Notes under the pieces: generated by a model
Database searches by the model: none
What the model was told of the DNA's origin: nothing
Seen by the model: only the letters and a program-made list of their open reading frames with translations
Source of the DNA: Eukaryota sp. TZLM1-RC
Lineage: Eukaryota > Protista > Metamonada: BaSk clade
Assembly: GCA_040285825.1 (NCBI GenBank)
Contig: JAUPSS010000011.1
Location: 124,001 to 188,000 of the forward strand
Direction of reading: 5' to 3'
Length of the DNA: 64,000 bases
Position numbers and translations under genes: made by a program
In this document: positions 1 through 12,090 of the stretch, in pieces
How positions within the stretch are numbered: the stretch's first letter is position 1
How the letters are laid out: each line of letters opens with the position of its first letter

Positions 1-1494
1 CTTGCTACCTTTGAGATCGCTGTAACCGTTGTTCCTCAAAGGATTGTGGTGGGCGATGAAGGTTGTGTGGTTGTTGCGGTACGACCAAGAAAGGTAACTC
101 ATCGTGATACTGATTCAGATCTTTCCCCTTTTGATGATGAACTAATTTCCCACGTGGATTACTTTGCTTTTGCTGGGAGAACTGGCGAGGAAAGATGGTG
201 CCACGTGGCAAGTGATGACGTCAGCAGGGAGTCAGGAATAACTGATTTATGGGAAATTGATGAACGCATGTCTGCAAGTAGTTTTGGTCATTCACATCAC
301 CACACAGAAAATGATTGGAGAGTCTTTAGAAGCTCTGTTCTTAACTCCCTTCCTTTTTCTTGGTCAGGACCTCTTGATTCTAAAATAGATAGCGAATTCT
401 TCATCACAGATGATAAACTCACTGAGGAAATTGCCAAGGGTTCTTTTGGTGACGCACATGAACAATTAGCTAGAGACTCTTATTCGCCTTTCTTAACTAT
501 TCAACAGCAGCGTAATGTTTTTTCAGTTAAGTTATTACATTATCAATTGAAAAAAGATAAAGTTTTTGATAACGTAATTATCGGAAGTTTTGGAAATGGT
601 ATTGAAGTTGTTCATCTTTATACGGGAAAAGTACTTGCTCATTTAACCCTACTCAGCGATAAATCTAGTTATGCTGACGTCAACGATGATGGTTTGATTG
701 AACGTGTAGAAGTCCAAGAGGTTAGTAATGATCACGATGACAATTTCCAACCCTGTCGCGTAGTTGTAACTTCTCTTTCTTCAAAACATGAGGTTCTGTG
801 GGAATCTAGTATATGTCACCTTCATGAAGATGTGGTAGAGCGAGTTGTGGGTTCTGCAACAGAGAATATAGCTGGTTCCGGATCAGGAAGGAGGGTCAAA
901 AAGAGAGGTCAAAAAGAGAAGGTATCACGTGATGCTCAAGTCATGTTAGATGCAACGTCACCTTTGATTGATAAAGAAGAGAAGTTGATTGTGTTTTCGA
1001 CATCTGATGGGTTATTGACTGCCTACACAACGGAAGGTTTCCTTTCTTGGCAGTCGCATAATGGAGCTGAATGGAACCCAAGTGATGTTAGCTTTGCACC
1101 CTCACTCAAAAAGGTATCAATCAATCAAAAAGTTGATTGTTACCTTTCCTTTTCCGATCACTCTGTTCGGATGGTTACTTCTAAGGGGGAATTCTTGGTA
1201 GATATCCCTATTACAGACCACCTTTCCTCTCAGGTTACTGTTGGGGATGTGTCTAATCGTGGAATTTCTTCAGTAATCGTACCTTGTAACAAATTCATCA
1301 AAGTGTACTCACTCAAAATTCACCACCAAGCAAATGCCATGGCTAGGGCAGTCTTAATTACTATATTAGTTTCTGTTGTTATTGTAGTTGGAGGGGTTCA
1401 AGTGTCACTAAGGAAGAGAACACTTCATGACTTAGTTGGTGATAAAGAGGAAGAAATAGAAGAAGTAGAAGAAGTAGAAGATTTTGAGCTCTGA
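1..1494 (+). CDS. FG-GAP/beta-propeller-like type I membrane protein, probably 5'-partial
   Basis: Long ORF with ADVNDDGLIE and GDVSNRG FG-GAP-like motifs, a C-terminal TM helix (AVLITILVSVVIVVGGV) and an acidic tail. Confidence 0.6.
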   Translation, partial: LATFEIAVTVVPQRIVVGDEGCVVVAVRPRKVTHRDTDSDLSPFDDELISHVDYFAFAGRTGEERWCHVASDDVSRESGITDLWEIDERMSASSFGHSHHHTENDWRVFRSSVLNSLPFSWSGPLDSKIDSEFFITDDKLTEEIAKGSFGDAHEQLARDSYSPFLTIQQQRNVFSVKLLHYQLKKDKVFDNVIIGSFGNGIEVVHLYTGKVLAHLTLLSDKSSYADVNDDGLIERVEVQEVSNDHDDNFQPCRVVVTSLSSKHEVLWESSICHLHEDVVERVVGSATENIAGSGSGRRVKKRGQKEKVSRDAQVMLDATSPLIDKEEKLIVFSTSDGLLTAYTTEGFLSWQSHNGAEWNPSDVSFAPSLKKVSINQKVDCYLSFSDHSVRMVTSKGEFLVDIPITDHLSSQVTVGDVSNRGISSVIVPCNKFIKVYSLKIHHQANAMARAVLITILVSVVIVVGGVQVSLRKRTLHDLVGDKEEEIEEVEEVEDFEL

Positions 1495-1948
1495 GTTTGT
1501 AAGAAACAATGTCTTATAAATTGCTATTCACTATTTATGATTTGATCTTTGAAAGTAAACATTTGTGTTTTGATTGCTCATATGAGAGATTTTGTTAGAA
1601 TCTACTATTTTCAATTCACATGAACTAACTATTTTGAGAACGAACAGAACTTTGTTTATGATCTATTTATTTATGATTGACCATCAAAACCGTATTGTTC
1701 AAACAATAAAGAAAAAAGTATTTATGTGAAATTTAATATTTACTTTATAAGATACAAATAATTGGAAATTTTCTTCTCACTGGTTAATTAATTTCATACA
1801 TTAGCAATGTGTGAATCACTATGCGATACTTCAATTATGTAGGCAAAATCAAATAAATCAAAAGAAAATCAAATAGAATAGTGCAAAAAATATACAAAAG
1901 CTTTGAATAAATATACAGTTAACCAAATTAAAAAATACCATAAAAAAC

Positions 1949-2463
1949 TCAAACATTATGCATGACATAACGAGAGTAATCAAGCTTGCCATCCTTGACA
2001 TAGTCCTGAATACTGTCAATGAAATCATGGGCTTCTTCCTCAGTAAAACTATCACCCATTGATGTTAAAAGAGGTAAAAGTTCATCCACTAGAACGGTAT
2101 TGCTTGACTCCTCCGCTAGCTTTCTAAAGGCCTCGAGAACTGGTGCAATGTGGTCAGAATTTACAGAATTCCGATGTGAGAACATCATACTGCAAAACTC
2201 TTCAAAACTGAGATAAGTAAACTTTATGTATACTCTATTTGCCCGTCACCATCAGTATCAACGATATGAAACATGGATATGATATGTTCTTCTGAAATGT
2301 TAATGCCAGAAGCTTCAACTACTGCTTTGACTTCCGATATTGTGATAAAACCATCAGAATCCTGATCAAATTGAGTAAAAAGTTGATTGTATTGCTGAAC
2401 TTCTTCACTTGAAAGGTCTGTCGATGAACTAAAGTTTTTGTAACTGTTGGAAGATCCACTCAT
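1949..2463 (-). CDS. Calmodulin-like EF-hand protein, 2 exons (intron 2208-2233, 26 nt)
   Basis: EF loops DQDSDGFITISE and DTDGDGQID; removing gtatac...ctcag joins ORFs 2224-2463 and 1949-2188 in frame. Confidence 0.85.
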
Positions 2464-2563
2464 TCTTACAGATATCGTTTATAATAATATACTGATGTGA
2501 TATACTGATGTAGAGAGACAGTGTTTTGAAAAGAATTTCTTCTCCTTCATCAACTTTGGCTCT

Positions 2564-4100
2564 TCAAAGGTATACTGGTCTACCTCCTCCATTCACTTGT
2601 GCTTTCATCACTGCCATCATTTTCGACACAGTATTTCGAACTCTATTCCAGAAACTTTCGCATGATTTAGACATGGTAAGCCCGTGTAGCATCGACACCT
2701 CATGCCTCTTCCTTGGTCTTGGTTTTTTACACCATCTCAATGTTTCAACTGTCGTTTCTGCTTTTTTACAATTGAAACAACAACAAATAATTTGAAACTC
2801 ATCAATTAAAAAGACATTATAACCAGCCTTTTTAAATAAAATTCTCAAACCTTTTCCTTTGGTAACTTCTTTGAATTTCATGTGGTTTCGTTGTTCCCAG
2901 TCTCCAATTCCAATAACTACTTGGGTGGGATCACCAATTACTGATTTGAATCTCTGAATCATCTTTGCCTCAGATCTTGTTCGCCACCATCCTAGTTTCC
3001 TAAATATTTTTTGATGATAGACATCACTAATGATACTATTTACAAAATTCTTTTGTTTAATATACTTCATAAATCTATCAAACCTCCAGCTTTTGGAATT
3101 GAATTGGGATAAAGTTGCTTCCCATTCTGCTACAGATGTATTCGTGTGATCATTATTACCCAAGTTTAATGAGTAATCAATTTCGTCGGAAATATGTAAT
3201 CTTGAGGTACTTCACTTCTTAATAAACTAATTGTTCTTTCAGTCATTTGATTAATTATACTGTTGCTTAGATCTATCCTTTGTTGTTGCTCTTCAGATGG
3301 TTCATAATTGGATAGATTAATCACTCTACCAGTAGAGTTACTTATTGTGATAAGAGTGTCATCACAAATAGTAACCCCTGTTCTATTAAATTTGTGACTT
3401 TTCGACTGAAATCTTCATAAGATTTGAGTGTATCTGGAATGAACATACTTGTCTCTTTCAGGTTTTTTTAATCAGTAAATCAGTTTGTACAGAAGTAGAG
3501 TACATTTAATTTTGCCACAGCAACAAGAGACATTTCTTGATAATGAACTATTGATCTTTTCACTGCAGATGTTTCGCCATTCAATACCCATACATCCTTT
3601 TAGAACAAGAGATTCGAATTTACTCATTAATGATGCAAGGTCCTTCTGTTAGCCTTCGTTTTTATGAACATTATTGTTTTTCCCAACATTATAAAATATT
3701 CTCAATAAAATTATCGAAGTGGTTAAAACATTGGTCTTGAATATCCTTTGTGAGATACCAAATCGATCAAATAATTTTGAAATACAAAATGCTACTTTCG
3801 AAATTTTTGGAACAAGTTTGTTAGCAACAACTGTTGGTGAAAAAATCCGACCAGTGGTCACCTAGAAGACTTCACACAACTGATTTTGTTTGTGGCACAA
3901 TTGAACTGTAATCCTGTTTTTATGGTGTAACCACAAGAAGAGTGTCCCAAAATAATTATTTTTTCCATTGGCAGGATAGGCTGAGGTTTTGATTCAAACA
4001 ATTTGAAGTAATAACAACATAAACTGATTTCCAATCCAATCGAAGAAATTTCCTGACACTTCATTACTGCCTCACAGACCACGTTCAATCAATTTCGGAT
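2564..4100 (-). pseudogene. Degraded Fanzor (TnpB-like) nuclease, locus Fz-A
   Basis: C-terminal RuvC/zinc region IGDW...KGKGLRILFKKAGYNVFLIDEF..CFNC..PRP..HGL..C..FWNR; RuvC-III NRD reads NRV; ORF 3858-4088 resembles a Fanzor1 N-terminal helix; many stops and frameshifts between. Confidence 0.8.
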
Positions 4101-5228
4101 CTCTAATAACATTGTTCAGATGCTGTTTAAAACATCATATGTTTTATGTTAAACAATATTTATGATTCTATGTTGTTAAACAAATAGAATAATTTCATTG
4201 TTAAATCATTATTCCTTAAACAATAGACGGCAACTGCAGTTCTTCTTAAGGACAAGAAAAAATCTCAGAAGGGGTCATTTTCATGAACTTTCTACTACAT
4301 TGCAGAGTACCGAGGATTAATGTCGACTGTATTCATTCCCTAATCAAATTTTAGAAACTGTTTGTAATTGATGTATTATTACATGCTTTGTGTACACATT
4401 ATCAGTATCAACCGTTCGATAAGATTTTTATTTTATTGCACTTCAACACATAATAAAATTAAATTAGAACTAAACAAAAAATGGAACTAAATTTACTGAA
4501 CCAGGATTTCCTCTACAAAACCCTGATCTACTTAGTTTCTAGCCATTGATTCCTTTATTCAATATTCGATCAAAAAATCGCCGTAATCTACTACTTATAG
4601 CAAATTGAATTCATGACCGCCACAAAAAGACATTAAATAGTGAACAAAAGAGACAAGATGAATTTACTAGAACAATAACACTGATTGTACCGTAGCTCAT
4701 TGAGCTTAGTCCCAATGTGTTGGAGATGTTTACACTAGAATAAACTCCACTTTTACACTAATCTTCCTCAATGTCTTCTCTCTCAATGGATGAAACAAAG
4801 AAGCTGCTCAGTTTCATTGATGATTTCTGTTCTACTCATTATCCGATTGTAAAATAGAGGACTGGTGTATTAATGAAAAACGATTACATCAATCAATATA
4901 ATTAATCAAAGCGAATATGACTGATTATAAATAGAAATTGTTTAATTCACTATTATAGAACATCATACCTTACAACTATATCACACATTAAGCATTTATC
5001 AAATTAGCAATTGAGCAAACAAGTGTGCTATTTAGGTGAAGAATGAGTAATGATCGATCATATAAGGGGTCATTTTTGTAGACCTAATTATGGTCAACTT
5101 CATGCTACCCTGCATCATATACTTACCAAGTAATTACACTGATGACTATTAAAACACCCCAAAAACTCCCAAAGAAAGTACAGCTTAACAGTTTTATGAA
5201 AACAATATATACAACACATTCAAAATCT

Positions 5229-5855
5229 CTATTTACGAAGCTGTTCTAGTCTATTCATGAGGTCAGCATCAGCATTTGATTCTTGAGATGGTTGACCAAC
5301 AGCAGAGGTAGGTACGGCAGGAGCAGTGGAACTGAGGTCCAGTCCAATCTCATTTAACACAGCCCCAATAAGTTCCTCTGTTTCTTCTTCTTCGTCTTCT
5401 TCAGCAAATACATCATCAAGAGTATCGTCAATCATCTCGTTCTTTGAATCCAACATTTCTGATTGTTGTTCAAACTGCATCATGGTACGTTGTAACGAAG
5501 GCAGATTGAGCTGAGCATTCATTCTACCCATTGCCTGTGTGGTCTTTTTCATGACACTGGCTAGAGAGTGAGATGATTTGAGTGTTTGAAGACGAAGAGA
5601 TACGGCCTGAAGTTGAGTCTTCATTCTATAAAACTTATCTATGTTCTTGCGTGTTCGCACAATGTCCTTTGCCATAAGTTTAGCAGCGTTAGTTTGACCG
5701 GCCTTGGCCATTTTTTTGATCTCAACAACAGTTTGCTGTTCCTGTCGTTGCATTCTATTGCGTTCTCTGTCAAGTTCCCGTACAGATTTGTCAATAGTTC
5801 GCTTGTATTCCTTAAGCTGTTCTTCCAAAGTTTTCCTACGTCCAAAAAGTCCCAT
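5229..5855 (-). CDS. CHMP2A: ESCRT-III subunit CHMP2A/VPS2 (Snf7 family)
   Basis: MGLFG...RELDRERNRMQRQE...EIKKMAKAGQ..AKLMAKDIVRTR, C-terminal MIM-like DLMNRLEQLRK. Confidence 0.92.
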   Translation of the reverse strand: MGLFGRRKTLEEQLKEYKRTIDKSVRELDRERNRMQRQEQQTVVEIKKMAKAGQTNAAKLMAKDIVRTRKNIDKFYRMKTQLQAVSLRLQTLKSSHSLASVMKKTTQAMGRMNAQLNLPSLQRTMMQFEQQSEMLDSKNEMIDDTLDDVFAEEDEEEETEELIGAVLNEIGLDLSSTAPAVPTSAVGQPSQESNADADLMNRLEQLRK

Positions 5856-5992
5856 TGTTTTGTGAGAAGAATTAATTGATGGAAATTTCGAACTGAATCC
5901 ATCACTCAACCCTTCCTTTCAATCTGACTGGTATTGCAACTGAATTGGCCTTGAAGTCCAATTTAATTGAAACGAAAGGTCTATCCAATGTG

Positions 5993-7702
5993 ATGTCCAC
6001 CTTCAACAATGCGCAAGCCCTCCAAAAAGAGAAGGAAATGAGACGTCGTACAAGAATGCGTCAACAAAGAATAGCTCAAATGTCAATGGAACGTAGGCAT
6101 AAAGAAGAGGCTGAGCGTGATGCTGCTCTTGCTGCTCGTCGTCATCGTATATATAACAATGCTTCTGCAATCCGCTCTCACTCTACATCCACTCTCCATT
6201 CGACCCCTTCGTCTAAATCTTCTACAAAGTCTGTTCTTTCTCTTTCTTCCCGTGGTTCCAAGCGCTATCACTCTGCTCCTGCACCAAGATCAAAACAACG
6301 GAAACCTGCACGATACCAACGTCTCATCACTGCTGATTACAGAAAACGTGTTAATCCTGATGATGACGTCATCAAACCCACTTATCATGACGATGATCAT
6401 GACGTTTTGCCACCTGTCAATTCTTCCATTACTGATGTTCCTCTTGGTTCTCTCCTTTCTCAACCCTCACTTCCTCCTATCACTAGCCCACATCCTTATG
6501 CTCTTCTTCATAAAGTTAACACAGCAAGGGATGAAAAAAAAGAAAGAACCAACCTCTCTATTGAAGAACAGCGACTGCTTCAAAGTATAGCAAAATTGGA
6601 CGATAGACTTAAAGCTATGACTCAAAAGCAAACGTCAGTAGGGCAAAAACAAACGTCAGTAGGTCAACAATTAGAAGAGAATCATGGTTTAGTCAAGACT
6701 CAACAAGCAAAACCACTTAAATCACCAAAAAAACAACTACCATCAATCACAACTAATCAGAATCATCATCAATCAAAACCTCAATTGGTGACGTTTCCCA
6801 GTTCCAAACCCAATATTACTGTTGTTTCTAGATCAAAACTGTCAGGACTAATCAAGAATTTGGAAGAAAGACCAAGTAATCCTGCGCCAATTGTGAGTAA
6901 TCTTCGCCTCAATCAAGGTCACTCACGACCCAATCATGCACGTGGACAGAGCCAAGAACCTAACCATTCTTTTCAAAATCCCACTTTGGAAGATATTGCA
7001 AATAGAATAGAAAATTATACCGTTCCATTCAAGGTTTTACAGAAAACCAAAAATGAAACCAATCATTCAAATTTGATTGATGAAATGATGGATGATGTTC
7101 CAGAGTACTCTCATTCTTCATCATCACGTGATTCATCACCATCTATCAGTTCTCGATTGGAAACTTTCCCTATTGAAAATGAACCTTTGACAGTGAAAAC
7201 GAACAATAAGAGTCAGAAAAGGCCAAGAACAGATCAAAAAGTGCCAAATATGACCGATTTAAAGGACGAAGTTGAGCAACTTCCTGAAAATGTTACTTCA
7301 ATCAAGGACTCTTTGCTTTTTAGCCATGATAATTTCCAAAATGTTATTGATCTGAACCAGAATTTGAAGAACTTTCTGATACCATTTATTAATAAGTCAA
7401 GTGTGCTTGGTTATGGGCCCAAGCTTGAATATGACTGTGAAGTAGAATTTATTTATGAAAAGCTATGGGATGGTGTTGTTTTTGCGGAAATATTAGCTGA
7501 AAAATTACCAAGAAACTTTATTAACCTAAAAAGATTTAAGCTGGACGAAGTAGAAAATAATTGGAAAATTTTGAGAAGTGTTCTTGAAAATTTTGATTTT
7601 GAATTGGATGATGAGGAGTTTCAATCAATTTTGATTGGTGATGCATCGGCTAGGATTACACTGTATGAGTTAATTTGTAATTTAAATGACTTGTTTGAAT
7701 AA
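5993..7702 (+). CDS. Uncharacterised protein: N-terminal coiled coil, low-complexity middle, CH-like C-terminal domain
   Basis: Long ORF divergent from CHMP2; LWDGVVFAEILAEKLP...ENNWKIL resembles a calponin-homology domain; start codon uncertain. Confidence 0.6.
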   Translation: MSTFNNAQALQKEKEMRRRTRMRQQRIAQMSMERRHKEEAERDAALAARRHRIYNNASAIRSHSTSTLHSTPSSKSSTKSVLSLSSRGSKRYHSAPAPRSKQRKPARYQRLITADYRKRVNPDDDVIKPTYHDDDHDVLPPVNSSITDVPLGSLLSQPSLPPITSPHPYALLHKVNTARDEKKERTNLSIEEQRLLQSIAKLDDRLKAMTQKQTSVGQKQTSVGQQLEENHGLVKTQQAKPLKSPKKQLPSITTNQNHHQSKPQLVTFPSSKPNITVVSRSKLSGLIKNLEERPSNPAPIVSNLRLNQGHSRPNHARGQSQEPNHSFQNPTLEDIANRIENYTVPFKVLQKTKNETNHSNLIDEMMDDVPEYSHSSSSRDSSPSISSRLETFPIENEPLTVKTNNKSQKRPRTDQKVPNMTDLKDEVEQLPENVTSIKDSLLFSHDNFQNVIDLNQNLKNFLIPFINKSSVLGYGPKLEYDCEVEFIYEKLWDGVVFAEILAEKLPRNFINLKRFKLDEVENNWKILRSVLENFDFELDDEEFQSILIGDASARITLYELICNLNDLFE

Positions 7703-8362
7703 ACCTAATGAGTCTTTGAAGTAAAATTTTAATCCAACTTTGGCATTGAATACAAACAGCAGACACTGAATGACTCTAGGGTTCAGTTAATCTCAAAAAT
7801 CCATACCAAACTTTCACCTTTAACTTATAACTTATACCTCAACAAAAAAGTACATTCTCTGGGTCATACCTATTTGCGTTCCTTGCAAGTCTCTTCTTTT
7901 CAGCTTTTAATTTCAGCAGCAGTACTAGTTCAATATGGTCATCACACTGGTCATTTATCACCAATCTTAATATTGTTTCCATTGTTCCTTGTACTAATTT
8001 GAGAATGATGGATCATTAAAAGTGGGAGAAATATTGAAGGGCTGATGGAAGATCTGTGAGGTCTGGGTCATTGATAATGACATTTTAGAAGAATAATAGT
8101 GAAGATGTACCTCACGGATGCTTCACAAGTTCGTTCAAGGTCGAACAACATATCGAATCAATACAGTATCCCAGAAATTTATAACACTGTTGTGTTAGTA
8201 GAGTAACGTTGTAGGAACAGGTGGTCATGTGATTACCAATAGTAACTGATTTAATAGTGTGGTGCGATAAAATCAATAGATCAATTTGATGACATCACCA
8301 ATCAGAATTTCAAAGACCACCATTTTTCTTCAAAACAAAATTTTTTCCCAGTAACTCGCCTC

Positions 8363-9343
8363 ATGTACAAACTTGTAGCTCTTTTTGCAATTTTGGCTTT
8401 TGCCTTGGCCAATGATGAACACATTGTTGCCATGGTCAACTCTAACCCCACTGCCCGCTGGGTTGCTGGTTTCAACCCCAGATTCGCTGGAATGACTGCC
8501 GAAGAACGCCGTTCCCTTTTGGGTACCCGCATCGACTTCCTCAACCTCCCCAAAAAGGTTGAAGTTTCCAATGGTCTCCCCGAAGAGTTTGATGTCCGCC
8601 AACAATGGCCTGGATGTCCCTCTTATGCTATCCGCGATCAAGGTCGTTGTGGTTCTTGCTGGGCTTTCGGTGCCGCCGAAGCTTTGTCTGACAGATTTTG
8701 TGCTGCCAAGGGAATGAAGGTCGTCCTTTCTCCTCAATATCTCGTCTCTTGTGACAAGTCTAACATGGCCTGTAACGGAGGATGGTTAGATAAGGTCTGG
8801 AACTTCATGGCTTCCACTGGTGTCGTCGAAGACTCATGTATGCCCTACGTTTCTGGTCAATCCGGTCAAGTCCCCGCTTGCCCCACCTCCTGTAAGGATG
8901 GATCTCCCCTTAAAATGTACAAGGCCGCCAATGCTTATGATGTCTCCAGCAACGAACAAACCATTATGACTGAAATCCAAAAGTACGGTTCCGTTGAAGT
9001 CGGATTCTCTGTATACTCTGATTTCATGTCTTATCGCTCTGGTATCTACCACCACGTTTCTGGTTATCTCCAAGGTGGACATGCCGTCAAAATGATTGGT
9101 TGGGGTGTTGAAAATGGTGAGAAATATTGGTTAGTTGCTAACTCTTGGGGTACTTCATGGGGTGAACAAGGTCATTTCCGTATCCGTCGTGGTGTTAACG
9201 AATGTAACATTGAATCTATGGTCACTGCTGGTCAAGCTGGTGATGCTCCCAATGCTTTCGAATCTGCCGATAACGGTTGCCGCACTGAATGTTCTTTCAA
9301 TCACAAGGGTGAATGGGAGTGCAAGATTGTTTGCGACTGGTAA
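8363..9343 (+). CDS. Cathepsin B-like cysteine protease (papain C1A), copy 1
   Basis: Signal peptide, QGRCGSCWAF (catalytic Cys), GGHAV (His), ANSWG (Asn). Confidence 0.95.
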   Translation: MYKLVALFAILAFALANDEHIVAMVNSNPTARWVAGFNPRFAGMTAEERRSLLGTRIDFLNLPKKVEVSNGLPEEFDVRQQWPGCPSYAIRDQGRCGSCWAFGAAEALSDRFCAAKGMKVVLSPQYLVSCDKSNMACNGGWLDKVWNFMASTGVVEDSCMPYVSGQSGQVPACPTSCKDGSPLKMYKAANAYDVSSNEQTIMTEIQKYGSVEVGFSVYSDFMSYRSGIYHHVSGYLQGGHAVKMIGWGVENGEKYWLVANSWGTSWGEQGHFRIRRGVNECNIESMVTAGQAGDAPNAFESADNGCRTECSFNHKGEWECKIVCDW

Positions 9344-9914
9344 TTTATAGCCTTTTTGTATAAAGTATTATTACTAATTTTGTGGTTTGTCTTTTATTTT
9401 GTAACATAACACTTGATAAATTCAAGTTACAGTTCTTGATGTCAGTAAGGATTTTCAATTGTGAATTAGTAATTCAGTGTTGAATATGAATTGCTGAGCT
9501 AAAAAAGCAGCTGAAAGACTGCTTTTACACCATTCAATTCATTTACACCAATAATTGCAGTGGAGATTTTTTCGATCAAAAATATAATAGACGAAATTCA
9601 TTGAACCAACATTTTTTCTACAAAATCCTGATCTGTTTGTTTTCTCACCATTGCATCTCTTTTTTCATGGAAAGCCGAAATAATCTTTTAATTATGGACA
9701 GATTTTTCCAATTCAATGCATTTGTTGCTGATTTTCTCTTCTGTAGTCAAATAATAATATGAATCGAATAATCGTTTCAAATCCTTCTTCTGCAATTGCC
9801 AAACACTAATTGCATCAATATGATGTACATCAATTTTTGTGAAATTCTTCGCTTCCGTTTGCTGGTCACCACGTTTGTGTCTTTTGTTGTCAAAGTCTGA
9901 CTTCTATCGAAGGC

Positions 9915-10458
9915 GAATGAATGTTTCAAAATCTTTTTTGGAACCTCTGTTGTCAAACCTGTTTGATGCAGCAGATGATTTTCATAAGAATAATAGAGGT
10001 GATGTCATATTACCTGGATTAGATGGAGCCTTCGTTTTATTGGATGTAACGTCAGTTGATTCTTGTAATGCCTCAAATGAAAGGCTTGCTAATTCTCAAA
10101 TTCATAATCCTCTTTCAAATGCTGAAAGTTTCAAAATCAAAAAATACAATGAACCTTTGTCCAAATTGTCCAGCCTACAACATGCAAAATACAATTTGCA
10201 TCCATTTGTATTTTCTCTATTTGGTTCACTTGTTCCCACTGCCATGCTTTTTTGGCAGATTTTGAAATGATTTTAAAGAGAAGAACTAACAGAAATTTCA
10301 ACAGATGGTTTTGGCATAATAGAATTGTGTTTTCTATTTTTAAGGGGTTGTTGAAGATGATTTCTGATGCTTTGCTTTCTCTTGGATCTCACTATGAAAG
10401 AGTTGCATCTAGTTTTTTTGTTTTGGGAGAGATGGAATATTTAGATGTTCATTTATAA
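9915..10458 (+). mobile_element. 3' fragment of an RLE-type (CRE-like) non-LTR retrotransposon
   Basis: LEPLL..RGDVILPGLDG..LDVTSVD..AE..KIKKY..PFVFSLFG..W.NRIVFSIFK restriction-like endonuclease region; frameshifted; repeated elsewhere in the window. Confidence 0.7.
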
Positions 10459-11399
10459 GTTTTTTAATAATTAAATACTATTTAAAAAGTTGAGATGAAG
10501 AATTGTCTTTACAGTTAAACAGGTCCGTTGAGACCGTTTTATCAAACTAGACCGAATCGTTGACTAATCTTCGAAAAAAGAAGTGTTTCAGGTAGCGAGA
10601 TACAGTCAATTGTGACAGAACGTAGTACATAGGGAAAAGGTTAGCGAAAGTGGACATCATCAATAGTTAATAAAAGGAGAGCGGCATAGGTTGATGAAAA
10701 GAGGAAGTTGACAAAAAGATCCACGACTGGAGCAACAGAAATTGAAAGAGATAGGCTAGAGGGATTTCCAAAAGGAAGCTAAAATAAATAAAAACAAATT
10801 GTAAACAAAATGGAAAGTCCTAAATCTGCCTCACATCAAACAATCACTCTTTCATCATCACTCAATGTTGTTTGTACAACATTATCGATCTCAACAAACT
10901 GAATGATTATCATTTATTCACACTTTAAGATACCAAAAATATTACAAGTTGATCCATACTGTGAAGAGTACCAACAGACTAACAAAATTTTCAGAAATAG
11001 TGGTATGAAAGTTAGAGTACTTAATATCTGCAAATATCAAGCGTTTACCAATAGTAGAATTCATAAATCTTTATAATAGTTGAATCTGATCATCATTGAT
11101 AAGGGTTCAACTGTAGTACTTATAGGAACTCATTGGTTCCACCATCAGCTTGATCTAAGGTCTAACTTTTGGTTTCATTTTTTCCGGATGAATCGTTTTT
11201 CGTTTCCTTACAGCTTTGAAACAACTGAGCTGAAGCAGAACAATACAGTATAAGTTCAAATTATTGTTCGTCTTGGGTCGGCCAAAAATGATAATCCCGC
11301 TTTCGCTTGTTGGATGCTCAAAATAGTTCTTCATCTTGTTTAATTTCTCAAATTTTTTAAAATTATCGTCTTCTTCTAGATGATACCACAATTTCTTGT

Positions 11400-12090
11400 A
11401 AAATGAGCCTTCGATGTTTCATTTGGCCCAATTACGTTCCTCATAATTTGGATTGCAAATGTGGATCAAAAATTTCTCCAAATCATTTGTTTAACTGTAA
11501 ACATTTTATTACTTTCGGATCAAAAGTCCATGATGCAGTTAGAGATTAGCTCTATTGTATGTCTGTCTCACGGAATTGTCTCCTATTTGGAACCATTACT
11601 TTCTCATTTGGTTGGTGAGGACACTTGAATTCTTTTGGTCGTAACAGAGGTGGTTTAATGCTTGAAGGACTTGATGCGACCACTATCATTACTGATGTGA
11701 GATCAACTGATGTGTGTAATACTTTTAGCTCAGTCAAAACACAAGAATCCGCTGTCTGTTGCCGAAAATTCTAAAATTGATAAATATAAAGCAAAATTGG
11801 TTTTCTTGAATGCTGAATCTCACACTCATTATGTCCTTTGTCCATTTGCTTTTTCCTTACATGGTACGCTTGGACCAGTTGCTTTATCTTTTTTGGATGA
11901 TTTTGATGAAATTGTAAAACAACGTACAGGAATAATTTTTGACAAAACGTTTTGGCAGAACAGAATTGTATTTTCAATTTTTAAAGGTGTTGTTTCGTTA
12001 CTGTCTTCTGCTTTATTATCTCCTAGTCGCTTTTACGAAGGAAAAACTTCCAGTCAATTTGTTGACTGAAAAAGGATATCAAGATTTAGA
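11400..12090 (+). mobile_element. 3' fragment of an RLE-type (CRE-like) non-LTR retrotransposon, family A
   Basis: Homologous to 55500-56260: HDAVRD, NPLSVAENSKIDKYK, PFAFSLHGTLGP, FWQNRIVFSIFKG. Confidence 0.75.

Noticed and set aside
7760-8200. Possible integrase/chromodomain remnant on the minus strand
   Set aside because: Too degraded to support by eye.
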